From assembly GCF_009914755.1 (NCBI RefSeq), contig NC_060933.1: a stretch of DNA of 64,000 nucleotides. One strand, written 5' to 3'. Shown one piece after another: positions 45,235 through 57,260 of this stretch. The first letter of the stretch is position 1; each line of letters begins with the position of its first letter. The notes below the pieces were generated by a model. It had not been told where the DNA came from, did no database searches, and saw nothing but the letters and a program-made list of their open reading frames with translations. The position numbers and the translations under genes are program-made. The stretch is from the human T2T-CHM13v2.0 reference genome, Homo sapiens.

Positions 45235-45790
45235 AAAAATTATGGGAACATATATAACATAAAACCAGCCATTTTAAGTCTACAGTTCAGTAGCATTAAG
45301 GACATTCACAACGTTGTACATTACCATTAGCTAATTCTACAACTTTTTCATCACCCTGAAAGGAAACCCCCTACTCATTAAACAGTCACTTTCCATTCTC
45401 GACCCAGCCCCACAACCATGCACCTGCTGTCTCCAGGGATTTGCCTATTGTGGACATTCCACATAAATGGAATCATGGAATATGTGGCCTTTGGTGTCTA
45501 GTTTAACTTAGCCTACTGTTTTCAAGGTTTACCCAGGTTGCAGCATGTATCAACTTCGTTTTTTTTTTTTTATGGCTGAATAATATTCCATTGTATGGAT
45601 ATAAATTTTGTGCATCTATCCATTGGACATTTCGGTTGTTTCCACCTTTTGTCTATTGTGAATAGTGCTATTAATATTCACGTACAAGCTTTTGTTTAAA
45701 TACCTATTTTCAGTTCCCTGGGGCATATACGTAAGAGTGGAAGTGCTGGGTTTCATGGTCATTCTATGCTGAACTTATTGAGGAGCCACT
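45235..45790 (-). mobile_element. L1MB-type 3' fragment
   Basis: ccattttaagt.tacagttcagtagcattaag.acattcaca...tggctgaataatattccattgtatggat. Confidence 0.85.
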
Positions 45791-46357
45791 CCCACTTCTT
45801 TTTATAGCTTTTCATAGAACCACTGGGCTGGAAGGGATCACAAAAGTGTCCTAGAAGAGTGTTGCTCAAACTTTTGGATTTCACACACCAGTAAAACTAA
45901 AACTATCACCACCACAATCAGCCTCTTCCAAAGTAGGAGGGACTTCTGTTGGAATGAAGGCCAGCATGTAAAATGGAAATATCCAGTGTCAGACAAACTC
46001 ATGGCCTCGTTCTTGTTTTTCTCATATCACCTCCACCTGGTACTGGTGCGTGGGGACCACTTACCTGGTCCAACCCCCAGCCGAAGTCTGCATCCCCTCT
46101 CTAGCTGCCCTGGCACAGGCTGGTCCAGCTTCTGTGCCTAAGGAATGCTCCTGTCCCTGGGCAGCTCAGATCCCTGGAACGTTCTTTCTCGTGGAGTGCT
46201 GGCCCCGTGCCCATGGTCTCCCCAGACCCTTGCCTCACCCTCTAGGACCCCCAGCTTCCCCCCACCACCTTCCTAAGGCCTCCTAGGGCTAAGCCCACCA
46301 ATGTGAGCTACTGGCACCGGGGAAGCATGAACAAGGCAGTCCCAACTTGCAAGAATT

Positions 46358-46518
46358 CTTATTATTCTTTTGAGACAGGGTCTCATTCTGTCACCCAGGC
46401 TGGAGTGCAGTGGTGTGATCATAGCTTACTGCAACCCTGAACTCCTGACCTCAAGCGATCCTTCTGCCTCGGCCTCCTAAATTGTTGGGATTACAGGCAT
46501 GAGCCGCCGTGCCAGGCC
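46358..46518 (-). mobile_element. Free Alu monomer (FRAM/FAM-like)
   Basis: Single ~160-bp arm ending gagccgccgtgccaggcc, with a degenerate TSD acttg..agaattc on both sides. Confidence 0.8.
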
Positions 46519-47000
46519 ACTTGTGAGAATTCCTAAAAGAAATAGAATCACTAGGCTATTTATAGCTTTCAGAAGCCCTCCTCTCCAAATGAACAAGTTA
46601 GAGGCTTCAAATTGTGAACAAGTTGCAGAGGCTAAACAACAGGTTTCATTTGTCTTGTTGCCTGGGCTTATTCAAATTCCACGTTCCCCTCTGTGCTGAC
46701 GACACGCAGCAAGACACCAGGAAGAGTGTGAGGCCTGCACTCAGACCAGACTGTCCCTTGTCAGCTGTGTGACCTCAACAAAGTTGGTTAGCATCTGTGT
46801 GCCACAGTCACCATACTGACAGAAAAAGGAGTTTCAGTCTGCCTCACAGGGTTCCTGTGAAGATGAGGCAAGGTGACTTCTAGAAGCTGCGCCTGGCAGA
46901 CCCAGGGACTCGCTCCATAGCAGCCATGACAGGCAGGAATTTGGGCAGTGTTTTACACCTTGGATGAATGTAGTCAAAGTGGGAAGATAACTTTACATCA

Positions 47001-47006
47001 TTTAAT
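47001..47006 (-). terminator. ANKS6: Candidate distal ANKS6 polyadenylation signal ATTAAA
   Basis: Minus strand GTGTATATTAAA (UGUA next to AUUAAA), preceded by a U-rich tract at 47060-47080. Confidence 0.5.
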
Positions 47007-47690
47007 ATACACAGGCCGACAAACAATAATCTTTCAAAGAATTAAGTCCCTGCACAAACATAACAATAAAATAATAAAAAGTGTCTATGGTGAGGAAAAT
47101 AGACACTCCCTTGGGCAGAAACTAAAATGGCATTCTAGACTCTTGGCAGTGAATACACTGGCCCTAGTGAGGGCCCTATAGGGGAAGGCCAAACCTAGAG
47201 GTGGAGACAGGGTCTCCGACACAAGGATGGCCATGCCCTGTGTCTCAGCCTTGGAGAGGGCTCCAGCAGGAAATGGGAACCTGGGAGGTCCCTATGCTGA
47301 TGCGAGATGGCTCCACTCTGCTGGGCAGGGCCCCAAGTTGGCGGGGGTCCTGGAGCAAAGGGAGTTCTCAAGGGCAGGGAGAGGTGGTCTCAGCCTTAGG
47401 AAGGAAGCGCAGTGCCGGGGAGGGGAGCCGAGGACAATGAACTGGGCTTTGTGCTCGAGCTCACTACCCGTGATTCTGTGTGGATTTCCCTTCTATCATT
47501 CCCAAGCTTTGGCAACAACAACTGTTATTTTTGGGACTGGATTCTCAGCTGGGGGGCTGAAATTAAGGCAGGGTCTAAATCCACTCTTAGGCTGCATGTT
47601 AAGGAGGAGCAGAGCCCCCTGAGGCCAGAGGACCCACCTCACCCAGGGAGATTCCTTCTGCAAGCCAGTCCTGCAAAATCTGTTATCAGC

Positions 47691-47696
47691 TTTATT
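47691..47696 (-). terminator. ANKS6: ANKS6 polyadenylation signal AATAAA
   Basis: tttatt on the plus strand, with a UGUA (CFIm) motif upstream at 47718-47721. Confidence 0.75.
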
Positions 47697-47879
47697 AGGG
47701 AAAACATCAGGTCTCTTTACACGTTGAACAGGAACTGCTGGTTAACAAGACACGATTAACTTGCTAGGAATGGACAAGGACAGCGACAGGATGGTGCTTC
47801 ACAGTGCCTCCTGCTGATGGCACCTTCATTCTGGCTGCAGAATTCTCCCAGGAAGGGTCCCGGGCTCTTCAGGAGGCAT

Positions 47880-47951
47880 TTACTTGGAAGTACAGGTCAG
47901 CGTTATCCAAAGTTGTCCAGCCTCCGGCCTGGCCCATGTCTTCAGGCAGCT
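47880..47951 (-). CDS. ANKS6: Candidate second alternative ANKS6 terminal exon (SCLKTWARPEAGQLWITLTCTSK*)
   Basis: Acceptor cccttttattcttgcctcag|AGC, open for 23 codons to TAA in phase 0, which matches the SAM exon donor. Confidence 0.45.
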   Translation of the reverse strand, partial: SCLKTWARPEAGQLWITLTCTSK

Positions 47952-48163
47952 CTGAGGCAAGAATAAAAGGGACGAGTTCCCTGCCCCCTTTTTACCCGCT
48001 GGATCAGCTTCTACGACTTGGTCAAACTATCTTTCTTTCTGTCTGCCATGCCAGGAAATCCAGTGACAGCAAGACCCAGAGTCAGGCACATTTGGAGGGC
48101 AGGTCCATCGGCCACTCCTCACTTCTGTGGGCTCCGATGCCAGCAGAGCCACCTGAGCGGCTG

Positions 48164-48213
48164 CTACCTCTTGCCGGAGGCAGTTTCTTCTGGCCTCACC
48201 CACCCAACCATGG
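48164..48213 (-). CDS. ANKS6: Candidate alternative ANKS6 terminal coding exon (SMVGWVRPEETASGKR*)
   Basis: A ~40-nt polypyrimidine tract then tag|CC ATG GTT GGG TGG GTG AGG CCA GAA GAA ACT GCC TCC GGC AAG AGG TAG. In frame with the phase-1 donor CCC T|GTGCGT at 52187/52186. Confidence 0.7.
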
Positions 48214-48484
48214 CTACGTCAGGGCAGAAGGGAGAGAAGAAAGAGAGATGAGAGATGAAAGGATTTAAAATGGGCAACCATCTTTGAGGTTTCCCACATC
48301 TGCACCGCTCCACAGTGTGAAAAGGGCTTTCTCACTTTCACATGATCCCTGGGGGCTACTATCCCCCTGTAACCAAAAGGGAAACTGGGACTCAAAGGGA
48401 AGAAGAAACGTGCTCAACATCACGCAGCACTAGGTCTATGTCCAGTGCTCTTTCCAGGGTAACAGGTTGCTTCTACTCATTTTA

Positions 48485-49775
48485 AAGGACTAAAAACAGA
48501 AAAACAGGCACCCAACTGACCCTTCCTCCCTGACGATCTAGAACTTACACATTACGTGCTGCCTTTGCACATGCCCCAGCTGGAATGCCCTTTTTCTTTT
48601 CTGCCTAAACCTGCCCTTTGAGGCCCCACTCCATCTCTCTCCTCTGGGGCGTGCCCAGGCTGAGCCTGAGCCATCATCGATGACTTTCCCTGAGCTGTAT
48701 ACCCAGCAGGCTTCATCACCACACCATCTCACCGACATGATTGTCTCCTCTAAGATACTGTGGGGTTCCCTTGAGGGCAGAGAAGTCCTTTTTCATCTTT
48801 GGAGACAGAGCGTACGAGTAGGGCTGGCACAGGGTAGATGCTCAGTAAACGTTCGGTAAACAAAAGAATTAAAAAATAAACAATCTCCTCACAAAACCAG
48901 CTGGCCTCCATGTAATTTTGTGGCGCTGAAGAAGAGAGGCAGGAGCCCTCCGTGGCCAGCAGGGACTTGGACATCCAGCACTCACGACACACCAGCAAGA
49001 CACTGCCTGGGTGCTGGGAAACAATGCCCTCCACCCTGCAGGAGAGCTCAGGGTGGAGCCTCAGCTCAATGCCCTCAGGCTGGAGAGCTCTCAGAACAGG
49101 GACCCTGCCATCTCAAAGCAGGACCGGTCCCCTGATGTCCCACTGCCAAGCAGGCCACCTCTGCAGAGCTGCTGGGGAGAAAAAGGTGACCACCAAGGGC
49201 CCTGACCCACTTCCAGGGCTGCAAGGCCTCTTGGTTGCCGCTGTTCCAGAAAAAGCGGGGCTTCTCCAATGGTGTCCAAGGAATTCCAGTCTTGCAAAAG
49301 CACCTTGGAGAAGTGATGAGAGTAATGTGGGAGATGCTATGAGTTTCTTGGCCCTGTGAAGAGGCCTGACCCATGCTGGCATGCTGAAGGTTGTGAGAGG
49401 CCTGTAGCAAAGATGATCGTGTAGCTCGCTTTAGTGTCTGCCAAACCTACTCAACCAGGGAACCTCACCCCACTTTCACATACACACCCTACGTTTCTTT
49501 ATGAAAAACCTATTATCCTGTGGAACTAGGGTTCCCAGGAGCATACTTTTGGGAAATGCTGGTGAAGGTTGCCAAGCAAGGGAGGTGCTTCTTGTGGGGG
49601 GAACAGCCACAGGCAGGCTGGGGACACGTGTGGGAAGGGAAGGGGGTGATCAAGGACCAAAAATCAGAAAAACAAGCACCCAACTGACCCCTCCTCCCTG
49701 ACGATCTATAACCTACATGTTCCGTGCTGCCTCCACACATGCCCCCGCTGGGGTGCCCTTTCTCTTCCCTGCCTA
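48485..49775 (+). repeat. Diverged ~120-bp direct repeat (48485-48607 and 49652-49775)
   Basis: Shared cagaaaaaca(g/a)gcacccaactgaccc(t/c)tcctccctgacgatcta...cgtgctgcct...cacatgcccc...tgccctt...ctgccta. Confidence 0.85.
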
Positions 49776-51624
49776 CCAGCCGCATCCAAACATCCCCAGA
49801 AAGGGTGCCAGGGACCTCTTGTGAACCAGCACACAAACTTCCTAGGATGAAAAGCCTTGGACACTTGAGTCCAGTGAAAAAGAAAGGAAAGGCATTGTCT
49901 GGAGCCTCTGCTGTCCTGTCTGCAAAATGGGAATAGCCCCGCTCTGTCCAGGGTCATCCAATGAGTTCATGGAGGTCTACATTTGTGAAAAGGTGACCCC
50001 CCGGTGCAGCTGTGTATCATTGTTCAATCAAACTTACCTGAGTGGAAGCTATACCAGTATATTGTTATGAAAAAAACAGGACCACAGCAAAAAGCAGGCA
50101 CAAAACCTCAAAGCACATAACGTCAGGGGCCATGAATTTCAGAGGCAAACAATTCTAGGCCTACTGTTAACCCCTGAAGCCATCAGTAAATTAAAACAAG
50201 AATCACAAGTGCTTCTAGCTCCAGGAGTCTATAGGAGTTAGTGGAAAAGGCACAGGCTTGCAAGCCCACCAGGTCCGGTTCTGACCCCAGATCTGCTCCT
50301 TCTGGGCTGTTTAACTGGCAAGCTGCTTCCCTCTCCTAAGCATCCGTTTCCCGAATGTGCAAGATGAGGTTACACAATGCCACCTCCAGGGTGGCCATGA
50401 GGATGAAATGACAAAGGTAAAGCTGCCAGCACATAGTAGGGGATGAATGAGTGTGTCTCCTTAAAAAGGCTGGGACATTAGTAACCTTTGTAAAGGTGTC
50501 TATCAGTAACAGCTAAATGAAACACTTTGTCTTCAGTCCTGTGGAAAGTTGGCTTCTGTGAGTGTAAGGCTGAGAGAATTTAAAGGAAAAACACCCAACC
50601 ATCAGGGCAGGGGAAGAAAACTACGAGGCTCTGGGCAGTAAGTTAACGACAGCCTCTGAAAGCCAGCATAGGGGAATGGGCTTTCATGGCTGGGGGAGGA
50701 ACAGATGAGAGATGGCACCTCCCAAGGAGACCAACTTGTGGCTCAGCATGGCTCAAGGTAGAGATCAGAATTCTGTGCAGCCTACCATCGACTGGGTACT
50801 TCCTGCAGACCCAGCACTTTGGGCATACTGGTTCTAAGCTCCAACTAAGAGGCCATTGAGCTTCATCTGAACTTTGAACCTGAGTCCAGAGCACAAGGTC
50901 TGCCCACTCTACCATGCTGCCTCTCAATGTCGGGACCATCTATTTACAGGTGTTCTCTTGCCTGTCGAGAGCCTGAAGGCTCTGTATTGTGTCTGCACAC
51001 TTGGCACCTGGTAGCTAACATAAATGCAACAAGCACTGGCTGAATGAGTCATTCACTGGAAAACACTTCAGAAAGCCAGTGGGTTTTAAAAGTCAGGGCC
51101 CCTCTAATTTAATAAAATATGATATGGTAGGAAACTACACAAGCCAATTCCCTTTTGAGGAACACAGCATTAATAGGATGTAGACAAAATTCCAAATTTT
51201 CACTTCTTTGCCTAGAAACTTTGAGCACCAGAGACCTTTACACAATGTGACCCATTAGCCTTCTGCTTCCACTTTCAGTGCAGAAAGCCCTGCAGTGATA
51301 CAGGTGAGCACTGTGGAGTACCAGAGCATCATCTGGTCTGACCTTCCACTTTGCAGATAAGGAAACTGAAAGCTAGGAAGAAGAAGGGATCCACACAGCA
51401 GGCCTCCACTTCTTTCCTTCTATAATAGACTCTCTTTGCAATAAAGAAAAATGCGTTTGACATACACATCTCCAATGTAAGCTGTATGCAGCAGGTGCAG
51501 TGGAATGCTACAGCAGTCACATACACAGCACTAAGGGACCCAGTGGCTGAAAGGGGGTCAAAAAAGACTTCATCTGAGAGGTGACTTGGACTAGGAGGGG
51601 CAAGTTAGAAGTTTTAAGGGAAGA

Positions 51625-52015
51625 TGTGCCAGGAAGGCTAACCTCTCACCATAATACATACCCCCCATCTAAGTCAAAAGTTGTTGCTGGGAAGCCACTA
51701 TGTGGAGACTGCACATCCTGGCCTCCTCTGCATCCAGGTGGGGCCACATGACTACCAGTGGCCAAGAGGACGTGAGCAGGAGTGATGTGTGTCAGTTAAG
51801 AGCAAGGCAGGTAAGAAGCAGCCGTGCCTTCTCCATCGTCCCTTTCCCTTGCCGCCAGCCAGAAGCAAACTCTGAGGCTCCCGGGGAGGGCAGAGCACAG
51901 GATGAAAGGAGCTGAGTCCCTGCATCACTGTGTGAACCAACCTGCCAAGCAGAAGCACCCCCACTGGACTGTTACATGGGAATCTGTCTCTGTGTGTTGA
52001 AGTTTGTTGCAGCAA
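51625..52015 (+). mobile_element. MLT1J-like MaLR LTR inside the ANKS6 long 3' UTR
   Basis: gcctcctctgcatccaggtggggccacatgact...agtgatgtgtgtca...ggagctgagtccctgcatcactg. Confidence 0.65.
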
Positions 52016-52178
52016 GAAGTACTACCAATGAATGCCGTCGACGTGAAGTGGGCATCCCGAGCAAAGGGAACAACATGACTAAGGCACAGCAGTGTGACGG
52101 GGGCAGGGCTGGGGCTGTGGCCACGTGAAGGGGTCCCGGGATTCAGAGAGCTCACGCTGGTGGCTGCGGGAAGGAGGA

Positions 52179-52415
<237 letters not shown>

Positions 52416-52910
52416 CTAACTGAAAGAGTACCGAGTTCAATAAAAACATACTGAGTCAGAATCTCCCCAGTACCCACCATCGCAGCCTGTCAATGCTGGA
52501 GAGGCCCTGGGATGCAGGACCCCAAACCCCTGGACAGAGTGGGAGGCCGAGTCCGGGGCAGGACTGACTTCTCCCGAGTCGCACGGCCCGGATTCGAGGT
52601 CTCCTTTCCTGCGCCTCTGTGCATCTTTCCAGTCCTTAGATTTCCAGATAATTCAATGGGAGCCAAGTGTCCTTCTGCTACAGGATAAGAGTTTAAACTG
52701 CCTTTGCTTCCCTTTGCCCAAAAGCTGCCGGATTTGTCTTCACAGAGATTCACTTCTCACTCTATTCCTACAACGCCCCCTGCCCCCTATTCACACATTT
52801 TCAGATGAGAAAAGAGGGTGGATGTGAATGTTCTGTTAAGCCCAGAAAACATCATCACTGCATTCCAGGCTCAGAGGCAGCAATACTCAGAGGTTAAGAA
52901 CAGAGACTGC

Positions 52911-54973
52911 GTCCTAGCCAGAGCAATCAGACAGGAAGTCAAACTGTCGCTGTTTGCTGATGACATGATCGTTTACCTAGAAAACCCTAAAGACAGCTCC
53001 AGAAAGCTCCTAGAACTGATAAAAGAATTCAGCAAAGTTTCTGGATACAAGATTAACGTACACAAATCAGTAGCTCTTCTATACAACAACAGTGACCAAG
53101 CTGAGAATCGAATCAAGAACTCAACCACTTCTATAATAGCTGCAAAAAAATAAAAAAAAAAAATACTTAGGAATATACCTAACCAAGGAGGTGAAAGACC
53201 TCTACAAGGAAAACTAGAAAACACTGCTGAAATAAATCATAGATGACACAAACAAGTGGAAACACATCCCATGCTCATGGATGGAGAGAATCAATATTGT
53301 GAAAATGCCCATATTGTCAAAAGCAATCTACAAATTCAATGCAATTCCCATAAAAATATCACCATCATTCTCCACAAAATTAGAAAAAACAATTCTAAAA
53401 TTCATATGGAACTGAAAAAGAGCCCGCGTAGCCAAAGCAAGAATAAGCAAAAAGAACAAATGTGGAGGCATCACGTTACCTGATTTCAAACTATACTATA
53501 AGGCCATAGTCACCAAAACAGCATGGTACTGGTATAAAAAATAGGCACATAGACCAACGGAACAGAATAGAGAACCCAGAAATAAACCCAAATACTTACA
53601 GCCAACTGACCTTTGACAAAGCAAACAAAAACATAAAGTGGGGAAAGGACACCCTTTTCAACCAATGGTGCTGGGATAACTGGCTAGCCACATGTAGGAG
53701 AATGAAATTAGATCCTCAACTCTCAGCTTATTCAAAAATCAACTCAAGATGGATTAAAGATTTAAATCTAAGACCTGAAACTATAAAAATTCTAGAAGGT
53801 AACATTGGAAAAACCCTTCTATACACTGGCTTAGACAAGGATTTCATGACCAAGAACCCAAAAGCAATGCATAAAAACAAAGGTAAATAGCTGAGACTTA
53901 TTTAAACTAAAGAGCTTTTGCATGGCAAAAGGAACAGTCAGCAGAGTAAACAGAAAACCCACAGAGTGGGAAAAAAAATCTTCACAATCTATACATCTGA
54001 CAAAGGACTAATATCCAGAATCTACAATGAACTCAACCAAATCAACAAGAAAAAAACAAACAATCCCATCAAAAAGTGGGCTAAGGACATGAATAGACAA
54101 TTTTCAAAAGAAGATATACAAATGGCCAGCAAACATATGAAAAAATGCTCAACATCATTAATGATCAGGGAAATGTAAATCAAAACCACAATGTGGTACC
54201 ACCTTACTCCTGCAAGAATGGCCATAACAAAAAAATAAAATAAAAAAAAAAACAGTAGATGCTGGAATGGAGGTGGTGAAAAGGGAACATTTCTACATTG
54301 CTGGTGGGAATATAAACTAGTACCACCACTATGGAAAACAGTGTGGAGATTCCTTATAGAACTAAAAGTAGAACTACCATTTGATCCAGCAATCCCACCA
54401 CTGGGTATCTACCCAGAGGAAAAGAAGCCATTATATGAAAAAGATACTTGCACACACATGCCTATAGCAGCACAATTCACAACTGCAAAGTCATGGAACC
54501 AACCCAAATGCCCACCAATCATCGAGTGGATAAAGAAAACTGTGATATATATATGATGGAATACTACGCAGCCATAAAGAGGGATGAATTAATGGTATTC
54601 GCAGTGACCTGGATGAGATTGGAGACTATTATTCTAAGTGAAGGAGACTATTATTCTAAGTGAAGTAACTCAGGACTGAAGTAACCAAAAATAATATGTT
54701 CTCACTTGTAAGTGGGAGCTAAGCTAGGAGGATGCAAAGGCATTAAGAATGACACAGTGGACTTTGGGGGACAGAGGGGGAAAGGATGGGAAGGGGGTGA
54801 GGGACAAAAGACTACATATAGGGGGCAGTGTATACTGCTTGGGTAATGGGTGCACTAAAATCTCACAAACCACTGCGAAAGAACTTACTCATGTAACTAA
54901 ACACCACCTGTTCCCCAATAATCTATGGAAATAAAAAATTAAAAACAACAACAACGACAACAACAACAACAAC
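52911..54973 (+). mobile_element. 5'-truncated L1PB-type LINE-1 (disrupted ORF2 RT/C-terminus plus 3' UTR), antisense in the last ANKS6 intron
   Basis: [16 protein letters not shown] and later ORF2 fragments with stops and frameshifts; L1PB-type 3' UTR; A/(AAC)n tail. Degenerate TSD gaa(c/t)aga(g/a)actg at ~52898 and ~54974; splits a MIR. Confidence 0.93.
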
Positions 54974-55234
54974 GAATAGAAACTGGGCTGGGCATGTGGC
55001 ATGCACCTGTAGTCCCAGCTACTTGGAGACTGAGGTGGGAGGATCGCTTGAGCCCAGGAGGTCAACTCCAGCCTGGGCAACAGAGCGAGACCCTGTCACA
55101 GTCTAGGTTTGGAGCCCATTTCTCCTATTTGCTAGCTGGGTCACCCTGAGCAAGATACTTAATCTCCCTGGGCCTTGGTTTCCTCATCTACAAAAGAGGG
55201 ATGATAACAGTCCCTCAGGTGACGGCTGTGAGAT

Positions 55235-56846
55235 GATTAGAAGGTCTCAGACACAAAGCTGTCCATTGCAGCACCATTTATACAAAGTTTGAAAATCTAT
55301 ATAACCAACAGGTAGGAATTTTTTAAAAATTAATTTTAGCACATTTCCCCAACAGACCCTGTGTGGGTAGCTGGAGGCAGACAGATCCTATCCTCAGAGG
55401 GCAGCAGTGGATTAAACATTTTTTTTTTTTTTTTGAGACGGAGTCTTGCTGTCGCCCAGGCTGGAGTGCAGTGGCGCAATCTCGGCTCACTGCAGGCTCC
55501 GCCCCCTGGGGTTCACGCCATTCTCCTGCCTCAGCCTCCCGAGTAGCTGGGACTACAGGCGCCCGCCACCTCACCCGGCTAATTTTTTGTATTTTTAGTA
55601 GAGACGGGGTTTCACCATGTTAGCCAGGATGGTCTCGATCTCCTGACCTCGTGATCCGCCCGCCTCGGCCTCCCAAAGTGGGATTAAACATATTTTTAAA
55701 AATTAATAAATATGGTCAAAATGTAAAGTAAATTAAAAATGTATCATCTCTGGCAGACTGTTCTCTACTAAGAGTGAAAAGGGGGAAAAATCCACTGAAT
55801 GAGCCCAGACTTCAAACTTTCTTTCATTTCATGGACTCCCCATAGCCCAGAGGGGCCCCTCTCCAGACCCCCACACAGACACCTCTTGTGCTGATGAGGC
55901 CTCCTAGACTCGAGAGGACAGTAAGATTCTCCCTTCATCCCAACCAATCCAAACAATTTTAAATAAGCTGGGAAAATGCCCTCCAGATTCCATCAACACA
56001 ATCCAAAGGCTGGAGGGTATGACAGAGCATTGGATGCCAAGTCAGAGGATCTGGAATCCCCACTCTACCACTGATTAGCGCCAGGATCGCAGGCCCGCCC
56101 CTTTTCCGCTAAGTATCTGTCAAATGGGGATGTTACCTGCCAGCGCTGCACTGAAGCTCACCCTGAGATAATGAATGGGGTGGCACTGTGCAAACTGCAG
56201 AGGGCTAAAATGTAAATGGAAGGGTTGACAGCAATTTTATTATTAAACACCATCTTAGCCTTAATTTCCTGAGAAATGAGGTCAGGGCAAGACAGGGTTC
56301 CGGCCCTCGCTGCCTGCTAACCTTAGGAGGGAGCTGTAGATGATTAAAACCATAATTGTTTCCTGCATCCACAACTGATTGAAGATGATAACAATAATTG
56401 CCCTTTAAAAACCCCTGAGTTTCAAAGGACCTGCCTGATAATTCTCAAAAGGAAAAAAAACAGCTATTAAATGTAGAAAAAAGGTTCAACTATCTAGCAT
56501 CTCAAAAAATGCAAATTAAAACAAGGTACCTTTTTTTGCCTATCAAATTAATAAAGATTAAAAAACAAACTGATAGTAATACTGGCAAAGCTGCAGTGAA
56601 ACGAATAACAAACTCTCACACACTCACAGCTAGTGGAACTGTTCACTGGCTCTTTCCGGAAAGTTATTCAGATGTACATATACCTTGATTCTGACTCTTT
56701 GACTCAGTAATTCCACTTTCAGACATCTACTGTGAGGATTAGAAGGCCTTAGACACAAAGCTGTCCATTGCAGCACCATTTATACAAAGTTTGAAAATCT
56801 ACATAACCAACAGGTAGGAATTTTTTAAAAATTAATTTTAGCACAT
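55235..56846 (+). repeat. Dispersed 110-bp direct repeat (55235-55344 and 56737-56846)
   Basis: 107/110 identical by manual comparison; offset 1502 bp. Confidence 0.95.
55420..55680 (-). mobile_element. 5'-truncated young AluY (AluYe-like)
   Basis: GTGAACCCCAGGGGGCGGAGCCTGCAG and a 2-nt deletion in GACAG(AG)CAAGAC. Perfect TSD ggattaaacat at 55409-55419 and 55681-55691. Confidence 0.9.
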
Positions 56847-57260
56847 CTATGCAAATTTATATGAAAAAGAGTTCTTAATGACATGAATAGCTGCATATAT
56901 TGCATATTAAAGAAAGCAGGATATAAATACGGACCCAAATTTATCTCAGTTATATTTTACGAAAATTTAAGGGTGTGGTGATGGGTGCTTATAATCCAAG
57001 CTACTCAAGAGGCTGAGGTGGGAAGATCCTTTGAGGCCAGGAGTTTGAGGCCAGCCTGGGCAACACAGGAAGACCCCATCTCTTTAAAAAAGAAAAAACA
57101 AAAAAAAGGACACAAAACACTGCAGAGTAATCTGCCCAAAGGTGAACAATGTTGGCCTCTGAGTGATTGGATTGTGATTTCTTAAAAAAATTCTTTTCAC
57201 CATTTTGGTACTGTGTAAATTTAATAAAATCAATATGCACTGCATTGACAATCACAAAAA
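56480..57260 (+). mobile_element. Old L1ME-type 3' fragment interrupted by an Alu monomer (~56970-57110)
   Basis: aaatgcaaattaaaacaa...tttgactcagtaattccactt...ccattgcagca. Confidence 0.65.

Larger units (their letters stand above)
47670..52178 (-). other. ANKS6: ANKS6 long 3' UTR (unspliced form)
   Basis: Runs from the TGA to the first minus-strand AATAAA I found (47691-47696). The 3' end position is approximate. Confidence 0.75.

Noticed and set aside
52818-54934. Reverse-transcriptase-like ORFs (LFADD)
   Set aside because: These are fragments of a truncated, frameshifted L1, not an intact RT or a new retroelement system.
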